The position numbers and the translations under genes were made by a program. DNA of 64,000 nt from Escherichia phage ECOH1. The DNA lies in the sequence record ON540300.1; one strand, given 5' to 3'. The notes below the pieces were generated by a model. The model was not told the DNA's origin. It did not search any database and saw only the letters and a program-made list of their open reading frames with translations. Below, one piece after another: positions 32,572-42,684 of this stretch (position 1 is the stretch's first letter; every line of letters begins with the position of its first letter).

Positions 32572-35271
32572 TCAATGTACCTCCAACCAGCTCTTACCAA
32601 CCTTTGCTGTACCAGTTACAAGTGTTTCTTTCCTCAAACCTAAGTTTTTTGAAGCTTGTCCATACATCCAGTCAGCAATTGCTTTCATATCCTGTGTCAT
32701 ACCCTCTGGACATTCCCAACTATTTTCATCGTGATATGCCAGAAGTAACCTTGCTCCGATAGCTGGTTTTCGAGCATTCAGTTTTGTCAGGCCATCTTCA
32801 CAGGCTTTTCTTGCTGCTAGGTTGATAGCCTCATTCTGAATCTGTGCTTCCGAACTCATCAGGAGGTAGTTCAGTAGTTTATGTGGAGATTTGCACCATA
32901 TCCATGCTCCAGCGACCCTGATATAACCACCTTTAGCAATTGAAGAATTCTTCCCAAAAACCTCTTCCAGAGCCTTTTTAGACGCCTTAAAATCGGCTTC
33001 TAAGCTATCAAGTAACTTCTTAATCTTTGGCAGACGCATATAGTAAGTTTGTTTAGTCAATGCACCCTCTTCCGTAGATGATGCCTTGATAGTTTTTGCA
33101 AACTTCTCGTCTCCGGCTCCAAATAACAGGGCGTAGATGCCATTTTTGCTCTTCTTACGACCTTTTGTAATCTCGTGAAGAAGTTCCTCATCCTGTGTCT
33201 CCCTGCAACGAACAATATCCTCTTCTTTGTTAAGACCAAAGTAAATACTGTTCAGTGTATGCGCATCAGTCCCTGTGTAGACTTCATAGAGGTCATTTTC
33301 AGCATCATAACGCAGATACTTGTCAGTTTCTGGGTTAAGATACTTGTCAAGATGTTTACAGTAGTATCTACCATCATCTTGCTTAGTGAACTCCACTGAC
33401 TCTTTACCCTCAGTTACCGCTTTAGTGAAGTCTTCATCACCCATAAAGTTACAAAGGAGAACTAGCTGGGCTGAGTTTTGGTCAACAGAAACAATGTTAG
33501 TCCCCTCTTCACAAATCCACACTGCCCTCATAGGTGCTCCGTAGACAGCAGCACCAGACGGTACGTTTACAATACCATACTGTGTCATACGTCCAGTTGA
33601 AGTACCAAACACCATTGCACCAGCACTAAGGCGACCATCAGGACGAATCTGGTTCAACCAACCTTTTTCATCATCCTTTGAGTTCTCAATAGTTCTGCGT
33701 CGGTGCATCAAAGTATAGTACTTTGCAATCTTCTGTCCAAGTTCACCTTCAATCGTATCATAAGATGACTCAGTAAGCTTTGGTGAAGTACGGATTAAGC
33801 AAGGCTCAAGCAAATCTGTGTACTTCTTCACAGACCAGTTATGCTCAATGTACTGTATACCTTCATGTTCAACATAACTCAAACCACACCGCTCAACCAT
33901 TTCCTGCCACTTAGGATGTTTTGTAATCATCTTTTTATTGTCTTTGAAACGACAAACTTTGACAGGGCGACCGTCTGAGTCTTTCTTGTAGTTCCAGTCA
34001 TCTGGAATCCAACCAACTGATTTCAAGTAGTCTTTAACAACGGCTACCTGAGTCATACGAGAAACTTCAAACTCAATTGGTGTATATGGTGCATCAATCA
34101 AACCTGTGTAGCGACTTGACTCAAGTTCAAAGTGGTTAACAACGTGACTGTTATAGTACTTCACAGTCTTGACTGTTTTTACTGGTTTCCAGTCTTTGCA
34201 TTTCTTACCAATCTTTGCGTTCAACTCATTGCAAATTGCACGAGCATCCTTCATTGCTACAAAACCTTCCTTGTACTCTTCACCAGTTACAGTGTTGGTT
34301 GGTGTATAGCAATTTCTCTTTTCAATGTTAAAAATCTTTGTAGTTGGCTTACCAAATGGTTTAATTTCGTATGTCTGCATCTCACCATTACGTACCTGCT
34401 GACGATACTTTGTCTTAGGGTACTTGGTAATTCTCTTCAGTCCATCTGCATGACCAAATGTTTCAACATACTCATTCCAAGCTTTTGCAAACTCTTCTCC
34501 AGTGACTTTACCTTTGGTCTTAATAGTTGGAGGCAGGTGTGGTTCAACCTCTGAAGCAAGCTCATTAGTCAACTTGTCAAGTTCCTTTACATGGAACTCC
34601 ATAAGCTCTTTATCAGCTTTCCAGCCATTGATAGCTTGTTGACTCATCCAGAAAGATGTTTCTTTAGCTCGCATATAGGTTTCATAAGTGTCTATGCCAC
34701 ACTTCTTTAGCTTCAGATATTCATTATCCAGTGCGCGTTTAGTTTTGGCGTTAATACGGATATCTTCTACAACACGAGTGAAGATTTCTGCATTCCACAC
34801 ACCCCAATGTTCAATCTCTGGTTTACGGACACCAACACGAGCACCCCATGCAGCCAAACCATGAGCACCTTTATAACCCTTTGGAGTTGGTCTATCCATC
34901 CACTGAACACGAGACTGGATAAGAGAATCCTGAAAGAAATTACTCCACGGCTTGCACTTTGGATTATCAAAGTTCCATAAATCAGGTGCAATGTGATTGA
35001 AAACCCACCAGTCATAACCCAGACCATTATGGATGCAAAGTCGTTTTGCCTTTAACGCAAACTCAATACCTTCACGTAAGCCACCCTTGATGTACTTGGT
35101 ATACTTGTGACCGAGGATAGGTTCATCTGTAAAGACCCATACAGGTGGCTCTTCATCGTCAGATTTATAGTCTGCGAAAGCCATTACGTGCACTTTAGTG
35201 AACTCAAGGAGTAAACCATCAGTTTCTGTATCACCAACCAAATGTAAGTTTTTAAAATCTACGTTTTCCAT
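32572..35271 (-). CDS. DNA polymerase, family A
   Basis: 3'-5' exonuclease motif DTETDGL near N-terminus, motif-B-like KKSKNGIYALLFGAG, motif C YHDENS; start moved to ATG 35271 with RBS agagggag (track start 35301 has no RBS). Confidence 0.8.
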   Translation of the reverse strand: MENVDFKNLHLVGDTETDGLLLEFTKVHVMAFADYKSDDEEPPVWVFTDEPILGHKYTKYIKGGLREGIEFALKAKRLCIHNGLGYDWWVFNHIAPDLWNFDNPKCKPWSNFFQDSLIQSRVQWMDRPTPKGYKGAHGLAAWGARVGVRKPEIEHWGVWNAEIFTRVVEDIRINAKTKRALDNEYLKLKKCGIDTYETYMRAKETSFWMSQQAINGWKADKELMEFHVKELDKLTNELASEVEPHLPPTIKTKGKVTGEEFAKAWNEYVETFGHADGLKRITKYPKTKYRQQVRNGEMQTYEIKPFGKPTTKIFNIEKRNCYTPTNTVTGEEYKEGFVAMKDARAICNELNAKIGKKCKDWKPVKTVKTVKYYNSHVVNHFELESSRYTGLIDAPYTPIEFEVSRMTQVAVVKDYLKSVGWIPDDWNYKKDSDGRPVKVCRFKDNKKMITKHPKWQEMVERCGLSYVEHEGIQYIEHNWSVKKYTDLLEPCLIRTSPKLTESSYDTIEGELGQKIAKYYTLMHRRRTIENSKDDEKGWLNQIRPDGRLSAGAMVFGTSTGRMTQYGIVNVPSGAAVYGAPMRAVWICEEGTNIVSVDQNSAQLVLLCNFMGDEDFTKAVTEGKESVEFTKQDDGRYYCKHLDKYLNPETDKYLRYDAENDLYEVYTGTDAHTLNSIYFGLNKEEDIVRCRETQDEELLHEITKGRKKSKNGIYALLFGAGDEKFAKTIKASSTEEGALTKQTYYMRLPKIKKLLDSLEADFKASKKALEEVFGKNSSIAKGGYIRVAGAWIWCKSPHKLLNYLLMSSEAQIQNEAINLAARKACEDGLTKLNARKPAIGARLLLAYHDENSWECPEGMTQDMKAIADWMYGQASKNLGLRKETLVTGTAKVGKSWLEVH

Positions 35272-35301
35272 TTTTACTCCCTCTAAAATCATTAACCTCA
35301 T

Positions 35302-35528
35302 ACATTACTGCAAAAAATTATAAAAAGCAAGTTGACAATGCACTTGACAAGGTGTTAATCTTTGCGAAGTGGGTTTTTACTTAAAAGGTTACTTAACAGT
35401 TTAAATATACAGATACTTTAAAACTCTTAAAAGATTATTTAATAGCTTTTAAAAAGCTTTAAAGTATAACGTATAGAATACGTTAAGATAAAAGATTAAA
35501 ACTTAATAGTTACTTAAAAGAGGCTTAC
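35302..35528. promoter_or_regulatory. divergent intergenic control region between polymerase (-) and early operon (+)
   Basis: Tandem TTGACA hexamers (35331-35336, 35343-35348), palindrome agcttttaaaaagct and inverted repeat aacgtat-aga-atacgtt in AT-rich context. Confidence 0.45.
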
Positions 35529-35951
35529 ATGCAGAAAATGTTTGTTCACCCAGACATAGCTGACTTTGTTAGAGCTTTGCAGAAGTTGGAAGAACTTGAC
35601 ATTGCTGCTCAACGGGAATATGCTCACCATCACAGGAGAATGGTTGATATACAACATGAAATAGAGTTGTCTGAAAACTATGAAGATGACTTAAAATGCT
35701 CTGTATTTGAGCATATGAAAGATGTTGCTACAGCGAGACGTAAAGCTAAAGACACAGTTGCTTTACTAGATTCTCTTAAAAAGAGGTTGCAAAGTGGTAC
35801 AGACCTGTGTAATCTAGCATCACTGATTAACGATGTTGAAACTTCTTGGGATAGGCACTATTATCCACGTTCTGAAAAGACACTTGACTTTTCTTCATCC
35901 GAAAACTTAAAATGTTCTAGAAAGAAACTCAACCAACTGAGAGAGAAATAA
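35529..35951 (+). CDS. hypothetical protein
   Basis: 140-aa ORF, first gene after divergent promoter region. Confidence 0.5.
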   Translation: MQKMFVHPDIADFVRALQKLEELDIAAQREYAHHHRRMVDIQHEIELSENYEDDLKCSVFEHMKDVATARRKAKDTVALLDSLKKRLQSGTDLCNLASLINDVETSWDRHYYPRSEKTLDFSSSENLKCSRKKLNQLREK

Positions 35952-35952
35952 T

Positions 35953-36765
35953 ATGAATATCAATGTAGAAAAGATGCTTGAAGAAAAAGGTATTGACGAA
36001 GCGTTCTTAATCAATGCCGTAGAAAGCATGGCTATGATTCTTCGTGGCAACAACTACACAGAACAGTTTATGCCTGCAAGCTATAACTTGCCTAAAGATA
36101 AGTCTGATAACGGTGCTTTTGCAGAACAGGTTAATATGATGCTGTGTGATAAAACACTTGCTTTAGCATCTATCGTTGTAGGTGTTGATGCTCTTGCAGA
36201 GTTCATTTTTTATGAGATGCAGAAAAATGACTATATTGCCATGACCTCTGAAGAAAAAGACTCGCTACTGCTCTTAGGTTATGATGAGCTAGTTAACCTG
36301 TTAATTTCGTCAACGAGTGCTGTTATGGCTGCTCTTGAGAAGCGAATGGAAGAGAAGCTGTCACGATATGAAAAGCTTGATTGGGGTGTAGAAGAGTTAA
36401 ACCCACGAATCAAAGAGATTATCCAGCAAACCAAAGATTCTTTGGAAGAAGCTGTGAAAAATGATTCTGTAGCTGACATAGAGCCACTTCAGGTGAAAGT
36501 TGCATTGATGATTCCAGCCATCTCCACGATGATGAATATCGTTGCACTAATCCAGCTTTCACAGATGATGGGCACAAGCATTGAGTTCATTGAGAGTATG
36601 ACTGGTGGTGTGAGTATGCAAGCAATCAATGATGTTCTGGTGAGCATTGGTGCTTCAATCATTGAAGAGAAGCTGCGCATTAACTTTGGTGATGATTTTG
36701 TGAAGCAAATCTCAGCTATGGCTGAAAAAGAGTATTCACAGGCTAATACTGACCAACTGCACTAA
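35953..36765 (+). CDS. hypothetical protein
   Basis: 270-aa ORF, coupled to upstream gene. Confidence 0.5.
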   Translation: MNINVEKMLEEKGIDEAFLINAVESMAMILRGNNYTEQFMPASYNLPKDKSDNGAFAEQVNMMLCDKTLALASIVVGVDALAEFIFYEMQKNDYIAMTSEEKDSLLLLGYDELVNLLISSTSAVMAALEKRMEEKLSRYEKLDWGVEELNPRIKEIIQQTKDSLEEAVKNDSVADIEPLQVKVALMIPAISTMMNIVALIQLSQMMGTSIEFIESMTGGVSMQAINDVLVSIGASIIEEKLRINFGDDFVKQISAMAEKEYSQANTDQLH

Positions 36766-36783
36766 GTCTTTATAAATTTTACA

Positions 36784-36808
36784 AGCCTCCTTAGTTGGGG
36801 GCTTTTTA
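36784..36808 (+). terminator. intrinsic terminator
   Basis: agcctcc-ttagtt-gggggct followed by T5. Confidence 0.6.
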
Positions 36809-36826
36809 GTAATTAAGGGAGATAAA

Positions 36827-37570
36827 ATGAGTAATATTATCGCATTTACTGGAAAGGCACGTTCTGGAAAAGACACCTCATGTTCTATTGTGAAGAATAT
36901 CTTAGAGGATGAGTACGGCTACAATGTTGCAGTAATGGCCTATGCAGACAACCTTAAACTCTCTGCTTCAAAGATATTTGACCTGACTTGGAATGACCTG
37001 TACGGTGAAACTAAAGAGACTCCACAGGTTTTTGATTTATCATACTCTGAACTTATGCCTAAAGTTACGGAGGCTATCGAGTTCACCTTCAGAGATGAAC
37101 GTTATCATATGGACTTTAAGCTTATGTCAGAGTTAACCGGACGATTAGTCATGGAGCTTAAGAAGGTCGCTAAACCGACTCTATTGACACGTCTAGGGTT
37201 TAGTAAAAAGTATAAATTCTCATCAAGGCAAATTCAACAGATTTGGGGTACTGAAGTCATCCGTAAAGTTATGGGTGACAAATTCTGGGCTAAAGACCTT
37301 GAAAAACGAATGGCTCGCTTCTTTGAATCTTGTTCACTTATGAATCAAGAGGGTGTTGTTTTAATCAGTGACTTAAGGTTTGACTCTGAAGCGGAGTGGC
37401 TGAGTAGATTTGCACACCAGACTATTGAAGTAAAAAGAGACAATGTGGATAAGGTTTCATCACATGTTTCAGAAAATGGGATTTCTACCAAATATGCGCG
37501 TGACATTATCCATAATAATGGTACTCTTGCAGACCTTGAAAGTAAGCTAAGAGCTATCCTTAAAATTTAA
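36827..37570 (+). CDS. deoxynucleoside monophosphate kinase-like P-loop protein
   Basis: N-terminal Walker A IAFTGKARSGKDT, as in phage dNMP kinases. Confidence 0.55.
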   Translation: MSNIIAFTGKARSGKDTSCSIVKNILEDEYGYNVAVMAYADNLKLSASKIFDLTWNDLYGETKETPQVFDLSYSELMPKVTEAIEFTFRDERYHMDFKLMSELTGRLVMELKKVAKPTLLTRLGFSKKYKFSSRQIQQIWGTEVIRKVMGDKFWAKDLEKRMARFFESCSLMNQEGVVLISDLRFDSEAEWLSRFAHQTIEVKRDNVDKVSSHVSENGISTKYARDIIHNNGTLADLESKLRAILKI

Positions 37571-37578
37571 AAGAGAGC

Positions 37579-37779
37579 ATGAAGATGAGAGTAAAAGATA
37601 ATTTCAAAGTTATTGACCATCGTTTAGTGGAACTCTCATCTCTTTCCAATGAGGTAATGATTGAACGTCTTAAGAGAGTTGAATCACGAAGGAAAGAGAT
37701 TGCAGATGAAATCCATGAACTGGACAAGATTGAAAATGGATTGAAGGCAGAACTACAACGAAGAGGTGCTAATGTCTAA
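37579..37779 (+). CDS. hypothetical small protein
   Basis: 66-aa ORF. Confidence 0.4.
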   Translation: MKMRVKDNFKVIDHRLVELSSLSNEVMIERLKRVESRRKEIADEIHELDKIENGLKAELQRRGANV

Positions 37780-39757
37780 AGGTCGTAAATTGAAAGAGGC
37801 TGGTCAGTTTGTTGGTCATTGTGCATGTCCACGTTGTGGTTCATCAGATGCTGGTTCAATCTACCACCATGACGATGATTCTTATTCGATGACTTGCTTT
37901 AGCTGTAACAAAGGTTTCCCAGAGTGGGATTTTGATAAAGGACAGATTGTGAGCACTTATTCTACTGGTTCAGATAATAAAAACCGTACTTTCCGTGGGA
38001 TGGATTTAGACGATGTAAAAGAAAACCTTGAAGCAATGGACTTGAAAGACAGGAAGATTCCTGCAAAAGTTCTTGAACGCTTAGGTATCAAGGTCGACAT
38101 TGACAGTGATGGTGAAATTGATGCACATTTCTATCCGACTTACAAACGTAATGAAGATGGCAAGCTAGAACATGTTGGCTACCGTGTTCGTCACCGTTAC
38201 CCAGAAGACCATCCAAAAGAACACCTACGTGGTAAGTTAAAAGACTTTTCAGGTGGTGTTGGAGACATTAAAGGTGAACTGGCAATGTTCGGTTCATGGA
38301 TTGCTCCAGAAGGTGGCAACCGTCTATTCATCTGGGAAGGTGAGATGGAGTGTGCTACAGCAATCTACATGACTTCTCTGGCAATTAAAGACAAGTCTCG
38401 TCGTAAGAACTACTGTCACGTATCTGTTCCATCAGGTGCAAACATTAAGTCTATCAAAGACAACTATCAGTACATTACATCATTTGATGAGATTTACTTG
38501 TGCTTTGATAACGATGAAGCAGGTGCTAAAGCAACAAAAGAGGCTGCTGGCATCCTACCTATTGAGAAGGTTCGTTTATTCCAGTATCCAGAAGGTGTAA
38601 AAGACCTTAATGAATGGTGGACAAAGTTCTATAAAGAGAAAGACACAGTTCTGGAAGGATTTAAGCAGCGTATCTACAATGCACCTCGTTATTGCCCTGC
38701 TGGTATCAAGAACTTTGCAGATGGTTTTGAGGCAATGAAGAATCGTGGTCAGATTCCATTGATTCCTTTCCCAGAATCTTTCGGGGATTTGAACAGACTA
38801 ACTTACGGTGGTTATGGTTTAGGAGAGATTACAACTCTGGCAGCACCATCTTCAGTAGGTAAATCAGCTTACACTCGTGAGATGATTTATTCAGCTTGGA
38901 AGGAAACCGATTACAATATTGGTGTAATTCCGGTAGAAGATACTTACGAAGAACTTATGGAAATGCTCTGTGCAATCCACCTGAGCAAGCAGATTTCTGA
39001 GATTCCTTATGATGAACGTGATTGGGATGAACTAAAGAGAGCACACGCAGAACTATCTAAAGGTCGTCGTATCCATATCGTTGACCATCAAGGGGCAATT
39101 GACCAAGATAACCTGCTGGAATTTGTTGACTATCTTGTTAATAGTTTAGACTGTAAGATTATCATTCTTGACCCTATTACGTTGGCTCTGTCACGTTCAG
39201 ATACTGATGAAGAGGAAGTTTTGTCTGAGCTATTGCGTCGTTGCAAACGCTACCAGTATGCACAGGTAAACGTCTGTCACGTTCGTAAGAGTGCAGGTGG
39301 TCAGAAGGCTAACTCTGAAGGTGGGGATATCTCTGAAGAGGATATTAAAGGTTCTGGTGCGTATTTCCAGATTTCTATGAACAACATCCTGTTAATGCGT
39401 AACAAGGTTGACCCAGACCCTGTTAAGAAAAACTTGACAAAAATCAAGCTAACTAAATGTCGTCGGCATGGTAAGTCAACGGGTATTGCTGGTCATACTT
39501 GGTACAATCCAGATACAGGACGCCTCATCAAAGCATCTGGTTGTGGAGTTGACATTGATGGTGCAGCAGAAAATATTCGCCAACAGTTTGGTATTGGTGA
39601 AGTGGAAGACCATTACGATGACTCTTTGCCACATTATGAGGATGAAGTGTTTGACCGTGAGACTGGTGAAGTCTATACTGAAGAGCAGCGTCAAAGCTCA
39701 ACAATTCCACCTGTATTAAGTGAGGATGCAGATGACTGCCCATTCGAAACTGAGTGA
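37772..39757 (+). CDS. DNA primase-helicase (zinc ribbon + TOPRIM + DnaB-like helicase)
   Basis: Zn ribbon CACPRCGSS...CFSCNKG, TOPRIM DxD (CFDNDEAG), Walker A APSSVGKSAYT; start at ATG 37772 with RBS agaggtg. Confidence 0.8.
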   Translation: MSKGRKLKEAGQFVGHCACPRCGSSDAGSIYHHDDDSYSMTCFSCNKGFPEWDFDKGQIVSTYSTGSDNKNRTFRGMDLDDVKENLEAMDLKDRKIPAKVLERLGIKVDIDSDGEIDAHFYPTYKRNEDGKLEHVGYRVRHRYPEDHPKEHLRGKLKDFSGGVGDIKGELAMFGSWIAPEGGNRLFIWEGEMECATAIYMTSLAIKDKSRRKNYCHVSVPSGANIKSIKDNYQYITSFDEIYLCFDNDEAGAKATKEAAGILPIEKVRLFQYPEGVKDLNEWWTKFYKEKDTVLEGFKQRIYNAPRYCPAGIKNFADGFEAMKNRGQIPLIPFPESFGDLNRLTYGGYGLGEITTLAAPSSVGKSAYTREMIYSAWKETDYNIGVIPVEDTYEELMEMLCAIHLSKQISEIPYDERDWDELKRAHAELSKGRRIHIVDHQGAIDQDNLLEFVDYLVNSLDCKIIILDPITLALSRSDTDEEEVLSELLRRCKRYQYAQVNVCHVRKSAGGQKANSEGGDISEEDIKGSGAYFQISMNNILLMRNKVDPDPVKKNLTKIKLTKCRRHGKSTGIAGHTWYNPDTGRLIKASGCGVDIDGAAENIRQQFGIGEVEDHYDDSLPHYEDEVFDRETGEVYTEEQRQSSTIPPVLSEDADDCPFETE

Positions 39758-39829
39758 TAGTTATAAAAGAGAGGGGTTCATACCCTTCTTTGAAGAAAAA
39801 AGTTTAAATAAATTTCAGGAAGAGTGTTT

Positions 39830-39858
39830 GACAAAGATTGATAGGTTCTATAGAATGC
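39830..39858 (+). promoter_or_regulatory. sigma70-like promoter TTGACA-N17-TAGAAT
   Basis: TTGACA 39830-39835, TAGAAT 39853-39858. Confidence 0.5.
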
Positions 39859-40009
39859 TCCTCATGAAATGTGATGGGGAGGTTGCTATAAAAGAAGATT
39901 CCTACCAAAGCACGATTACAGTCATCATTACACTGCCTCAGCATAATATTAGTTGGCTGTTTATAATTAAAGAAAATGTGTTTGAATATCAAGTATATCG
40001 GAGAATACC

Positions 40010-40159
40010 ATGAAACACTCTAAAGCATTTGAAAAAGTTTTTGGGGATTCCTTAAAAGCCACTGCTGGAAAACCAGCAAAATACTATGAAGAAAAACGTG
40101 TAAGAACTGGAAAAACTGCACGTAAAGCAGCTTCTAAAGATAAGCACAACTTCCAGTAA
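40010..40159 (+). CDS. small basic protein (49 aa), not in the ORF track
   Basis: ATG at 40010 with RBS ggagaatacc; translation MKHSKAFEKVFGDSLKATAGKPAKYYEEKRVRTGKTARKAASKDKHNFQ; downstream of promoter 39830. Confidence 0.4.
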   Translation: MKHSKAFEKVFGDSLKATAGKPAKYYEEKRVRTGKTARKAASKDKHNFQ

Positions 40160-40166
40160 TTAGTAT

Positions 40167-40195
40167 TTGACAATAGAGTATCAACAAACTAGAAT
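40167..40195 (+). promoter_or_regulatory. sigma70-like promoter TTGACA-N17-TAGAAT upstream of SSB gene
   Basis: TTGACA 40167-40172, TAGAAT 40190-40195. Confidence 0.5.
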
Positions 40196-40231
40196 TGGTA
40201 CTCTTCATAAATTGAGATAGAGGTTTAAATA

Positions 40232-41089
40232 ATGTCTAAAGTTGTTAAAATGAAAGCTCCGGTAGAGAAATACAATGGTACTGAACGCCAAACTCTGCGA
40301 TACCTGCTGAAAGATGTCTGGTTTTATTACCTGAACACTTCACCACGTCCGGGAAAAGGTAAGTCTATTGATAAGAAATTCCCAGGCAAAGACTGTAACT
40401 ACAGCGTATCAATTCTGGCAGAAGACGGTAACAAGCTGTTTAAAGAATTTACTAAGTCTAAGAAAAACCCAGAAGGTTGGGATAAAGTTACTACTGAAGC
40501 AGTTGATGCAGATGACTTCGAAGAGAAGTTTGGTTGCAAACCACCATTTGAAGCAGATACTTACTACATCTTGAAAGTAAGTCGTGCAGCAGCTTATAAA
40601 GATGGTGCTGTATGGACAGCTAAACAGTCATTCCCTGTAATGCTGATTGAAGAAGTAAATGGTAAGCGTGTAGCTGTTAAGCAGCCGATGAAGAAAATCA
40701 AAGCTCAAGCATCTGATAAACATGAAGATGACAAGAACTATGATGTAATTCATCCAGATATTGCAGTTGGTAACGGTTCTTTTGGTAGCGTGATTCTTTC
40801 TACTCACTTCTACACTTTTGAGAACAATGTTCTGACAAAACCTATTCAGGAACAGTTTATCATTGATACTCTTGTACCTTACACTGGTGGTAACGGTGCT
40901 AACGGAGAACCTGAACTGGATGAAGACGAACTGGCTATGCTTGGTCTTGATGGTGTCGAAGATAACGGTGAAATCACTGAAGAAGACGCAACAGACCATA
41001 AATCTTCGAATGATTCTGATGATGGTGATGATGAAGATTTGCCAGACCCAGATGACGAAGAAGATGAAGACTTCGATACAGAAGATTAA
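40232..41089 (+). CDS. single-stranded DNA-binding protein (putative) with acidic C-terminal tail
   Basis: C-terminus DDGDDEDLPDPDDEEDEDFDTED typical of phage SSBs; location in replication module. Confidence 0.55.
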   Translation: MSKVVKMKAPVEKYNGTERQTLRYLLKDVWFYYLNTSPRPGKGKSIDKKFPGKDCNYSVSILAEDGNKLFKEFTKSKKNPEGWDKVTTEAVDADDFEEKFGCKPPFEADTYYILKVSRAAAYKDGAVWTAKQSFPVMLIEEVNGKRVAVKQPMKKIKAQASDKHEDDKNYDVIHPDIAVGNGSFGSVILSTHFYTFENNVLTKPIQEQFIIDTLVPYTGGNGANGEPELDEDELAMLGLDGVEDNGEITEEDATDHKSSNDSDDGDDEDLPDPDDEEDEDFDTED

Positions 41090-41107
41090 TCTCTAAAGTT
41101 ACTTTAA

Positions 41108-41134
41108 AGCCCTGTACTCCGTATGGGGCTTTTT
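41108..41134 (+). terminator. intrinsic terminator-like hairpin
   Basis: agccc-13 nt loop-gggct followed by T5. Confidence 0.45.
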
Positions 41135-41150
41135 CATATGGAGAGCCATA

Positions 41151-42191
41151 ATGGAGAAGTACACATTAACAAAACTTCCCGATTCAGTTACACATGTTTT
41201 TATTGACTCTGACAGTATTGCCTATAAAGGTGCTTGTGTAGTTGAGAAAGCAAAGTATAAATATGTCAATAAACTCACAGCAGAAGAGTCTGAGCCATTT
41301 GATAATGCGAAAGATGCTGCAAGATGGTTAGCAGACCAGAGAATCCTTGTGGAAGAGCTTGGCCTGACATTTGATGAAGATGAATGGGAAAGACAGACTT
41401 GGAAAGAAGCTAAGAGTGAAAAAGAAGCTATCATGGCTACTCAACAGGTGCTTCAGGAATGGCTTAAGGTTGTTGGTAAAGAGAGAACTTGGGTAGGTTA
41501 CTTAACAGAGAAAGGTGTGCATAAACACAAAGACATTAAAGGTCTTGAGCACCAATATCAAGGTAACCGCAAAGATGCTGTCACACCAACACACTTAGTT
41601 GCTTGTCGTGAGTATCTTCTGTCAAGACCAGAGTTCAAGCTGATTCTTGATGGATTTGAAGCTGACTCTATCGTAATTGCTAAAGCTGAAAAGATGGGTA
41701 AAAAGGCTGCCTTAATGAGTATTGATAAAGACCTTCGACAAGCTGAAGGTACTTACTGCATTGACATGACCTATGAAAAATCACCTTTAATTTTTATTGC
41801 TGATAACAATGTTGGTGAAATCTGGGATTGTCCAATAAAATCGACACCAAAAGCTAAGAAGACAGTTGGGGTAGGTTTTAAATTTCTTTGTTACCAAGCT
41901 GTGGCTGGTGATAATGCTGATAATTATTTTGGTTTAAAGGGCGTTGGTAAGGCTACTGTAATGAAAGCCCTTGAAGGGAAAACAACTTACAAAGAGTGTC
42001 TTGATGCTATCTATGAACTTTATGCTAAGAAAGAGTCATACACTTATGTCTCGTGGGATGGTCAAACAATTACCAGAACACCTTTAGAGTTAATGCAGCA
42101 ACACTTTTTCTTAGCTTATCAGGAAAGAAACAAGAAAGATGATTTCACTTTTAAGAAATATAATTGGGAGCCTTGTATGAATGAAGATTAA
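41151..42191 (+). CDS. 5'-3' exonuclease / flap endonuclease (RNase H-like)
   Basis: Motif LILDGFEADSIV resembling the GxEADD motif of 5'-3' exonucleases; replication-module context. Confidence 0.55.
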   Translation: MEKYTLTKLPDSVTHVFIDSDSIAYKGACVVEKAKYKYVNKLTAEESEPFDNAKDAARWLADQRILVEELGLTFDEDEWERQTWKEAKSEKEAIMATQQVLQEWLKVVGKERTWVGYLTEKGVHKHKDIKGLEHQYQGNRKDAVTPTHLVACREYLLSRPEFKLILDGFEADSIVIAKAEKMGKKAALMSIDKDLRQAEGTYCIDMTYEKSPLIFIADNNVGEIWDCPIKSTPKAKKTVGVGFKFLCYQAVAGDNADNYFGLKGVGKATVMKALEGKTTYKECLDAIYELYAKKESYTYVSWDGQTITRTPLELMQQHFFLAYQERNKKDDFTFKKYNWEPCMNED

Positions 42192-42678
42192 AGGATTTGG
42201 TAATTGCCCCACCTATGGTCATTGGGTATCTTTATGTGGGGAAGTTGACCCCACTAAACATTTTGGTTTTGTCTATTTAGTACACTGTAAGAAAACCGGA
42301 CAATATTATATAGGAAGGAAACAGTTTAACAGTGTTACCAAAAGAAAAGTTGCTGGAAAGACTCGGAAGAAGGTAGTCACTAAGGAGAGTGATTGGATGA
42401 CTTATGAGACTTCTTCTGAGTATATTAAAAAAGATATTGAGAGCTTTGGAAAAGAATTTTTTGACTTTTACATCATTCAAACCTACTACACAAAAGGTGG
42501 CCTAGTCTATGGTGAAGCAAACCTTCAACATAAATTCGATGTAATGACAAAAAGGATTGACTCGAAGCTCAGACTCTTCTACAATGCCAATATTGCAGCA
42601 ATTAAGTTTATTACTAAAGAAACTTATGAAGATGCTGAAAAAAGAATCCATAAGGTAATGAAAGCAAATTGTGCTTGA
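42181..42678 (+). CDS. hypothetical protein, possible GIY-YIG-like nuclease
   Basis: Segment FVYLVHCKKTGQYYIGRK resembles GIY-x10-YIG spacing; weak. Confidence 0.35.
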   Translation: MKIKGFGNCPTYGHWVSLCGEVDPTKHFGFVYLVHCKKTGQYYIGRKQFNSVTKRKVAGKTRKKVVTKESDWMTYETSSEYIKKDIESFGKEFFDFYIIQTYYTKGGLVYGEANLQHKFDVMTKRIDSKLRLFYNANIAAIKFITKETYEDAEKRIHKVMKANCA

Positions 42679-42684
42679 TAACTA

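Noticed and set aside
33175-34554. Plus-strand ORFs inside the DNA polymerase gene (33175..33399, 34132..34554)
   Set aside because: Antisense to the polymerase ORF with low-complexity hydrophobic translations typical of AT-rich antisense frames.
39720-40013. 97-aa + strand ORF
   Set aside because: Spans a consensus-like TTGACA-N17-TAGAAT promoter and AT-rich intergenic sequence; the smaller ORF 40010..40159 with an RBS is more plausible.
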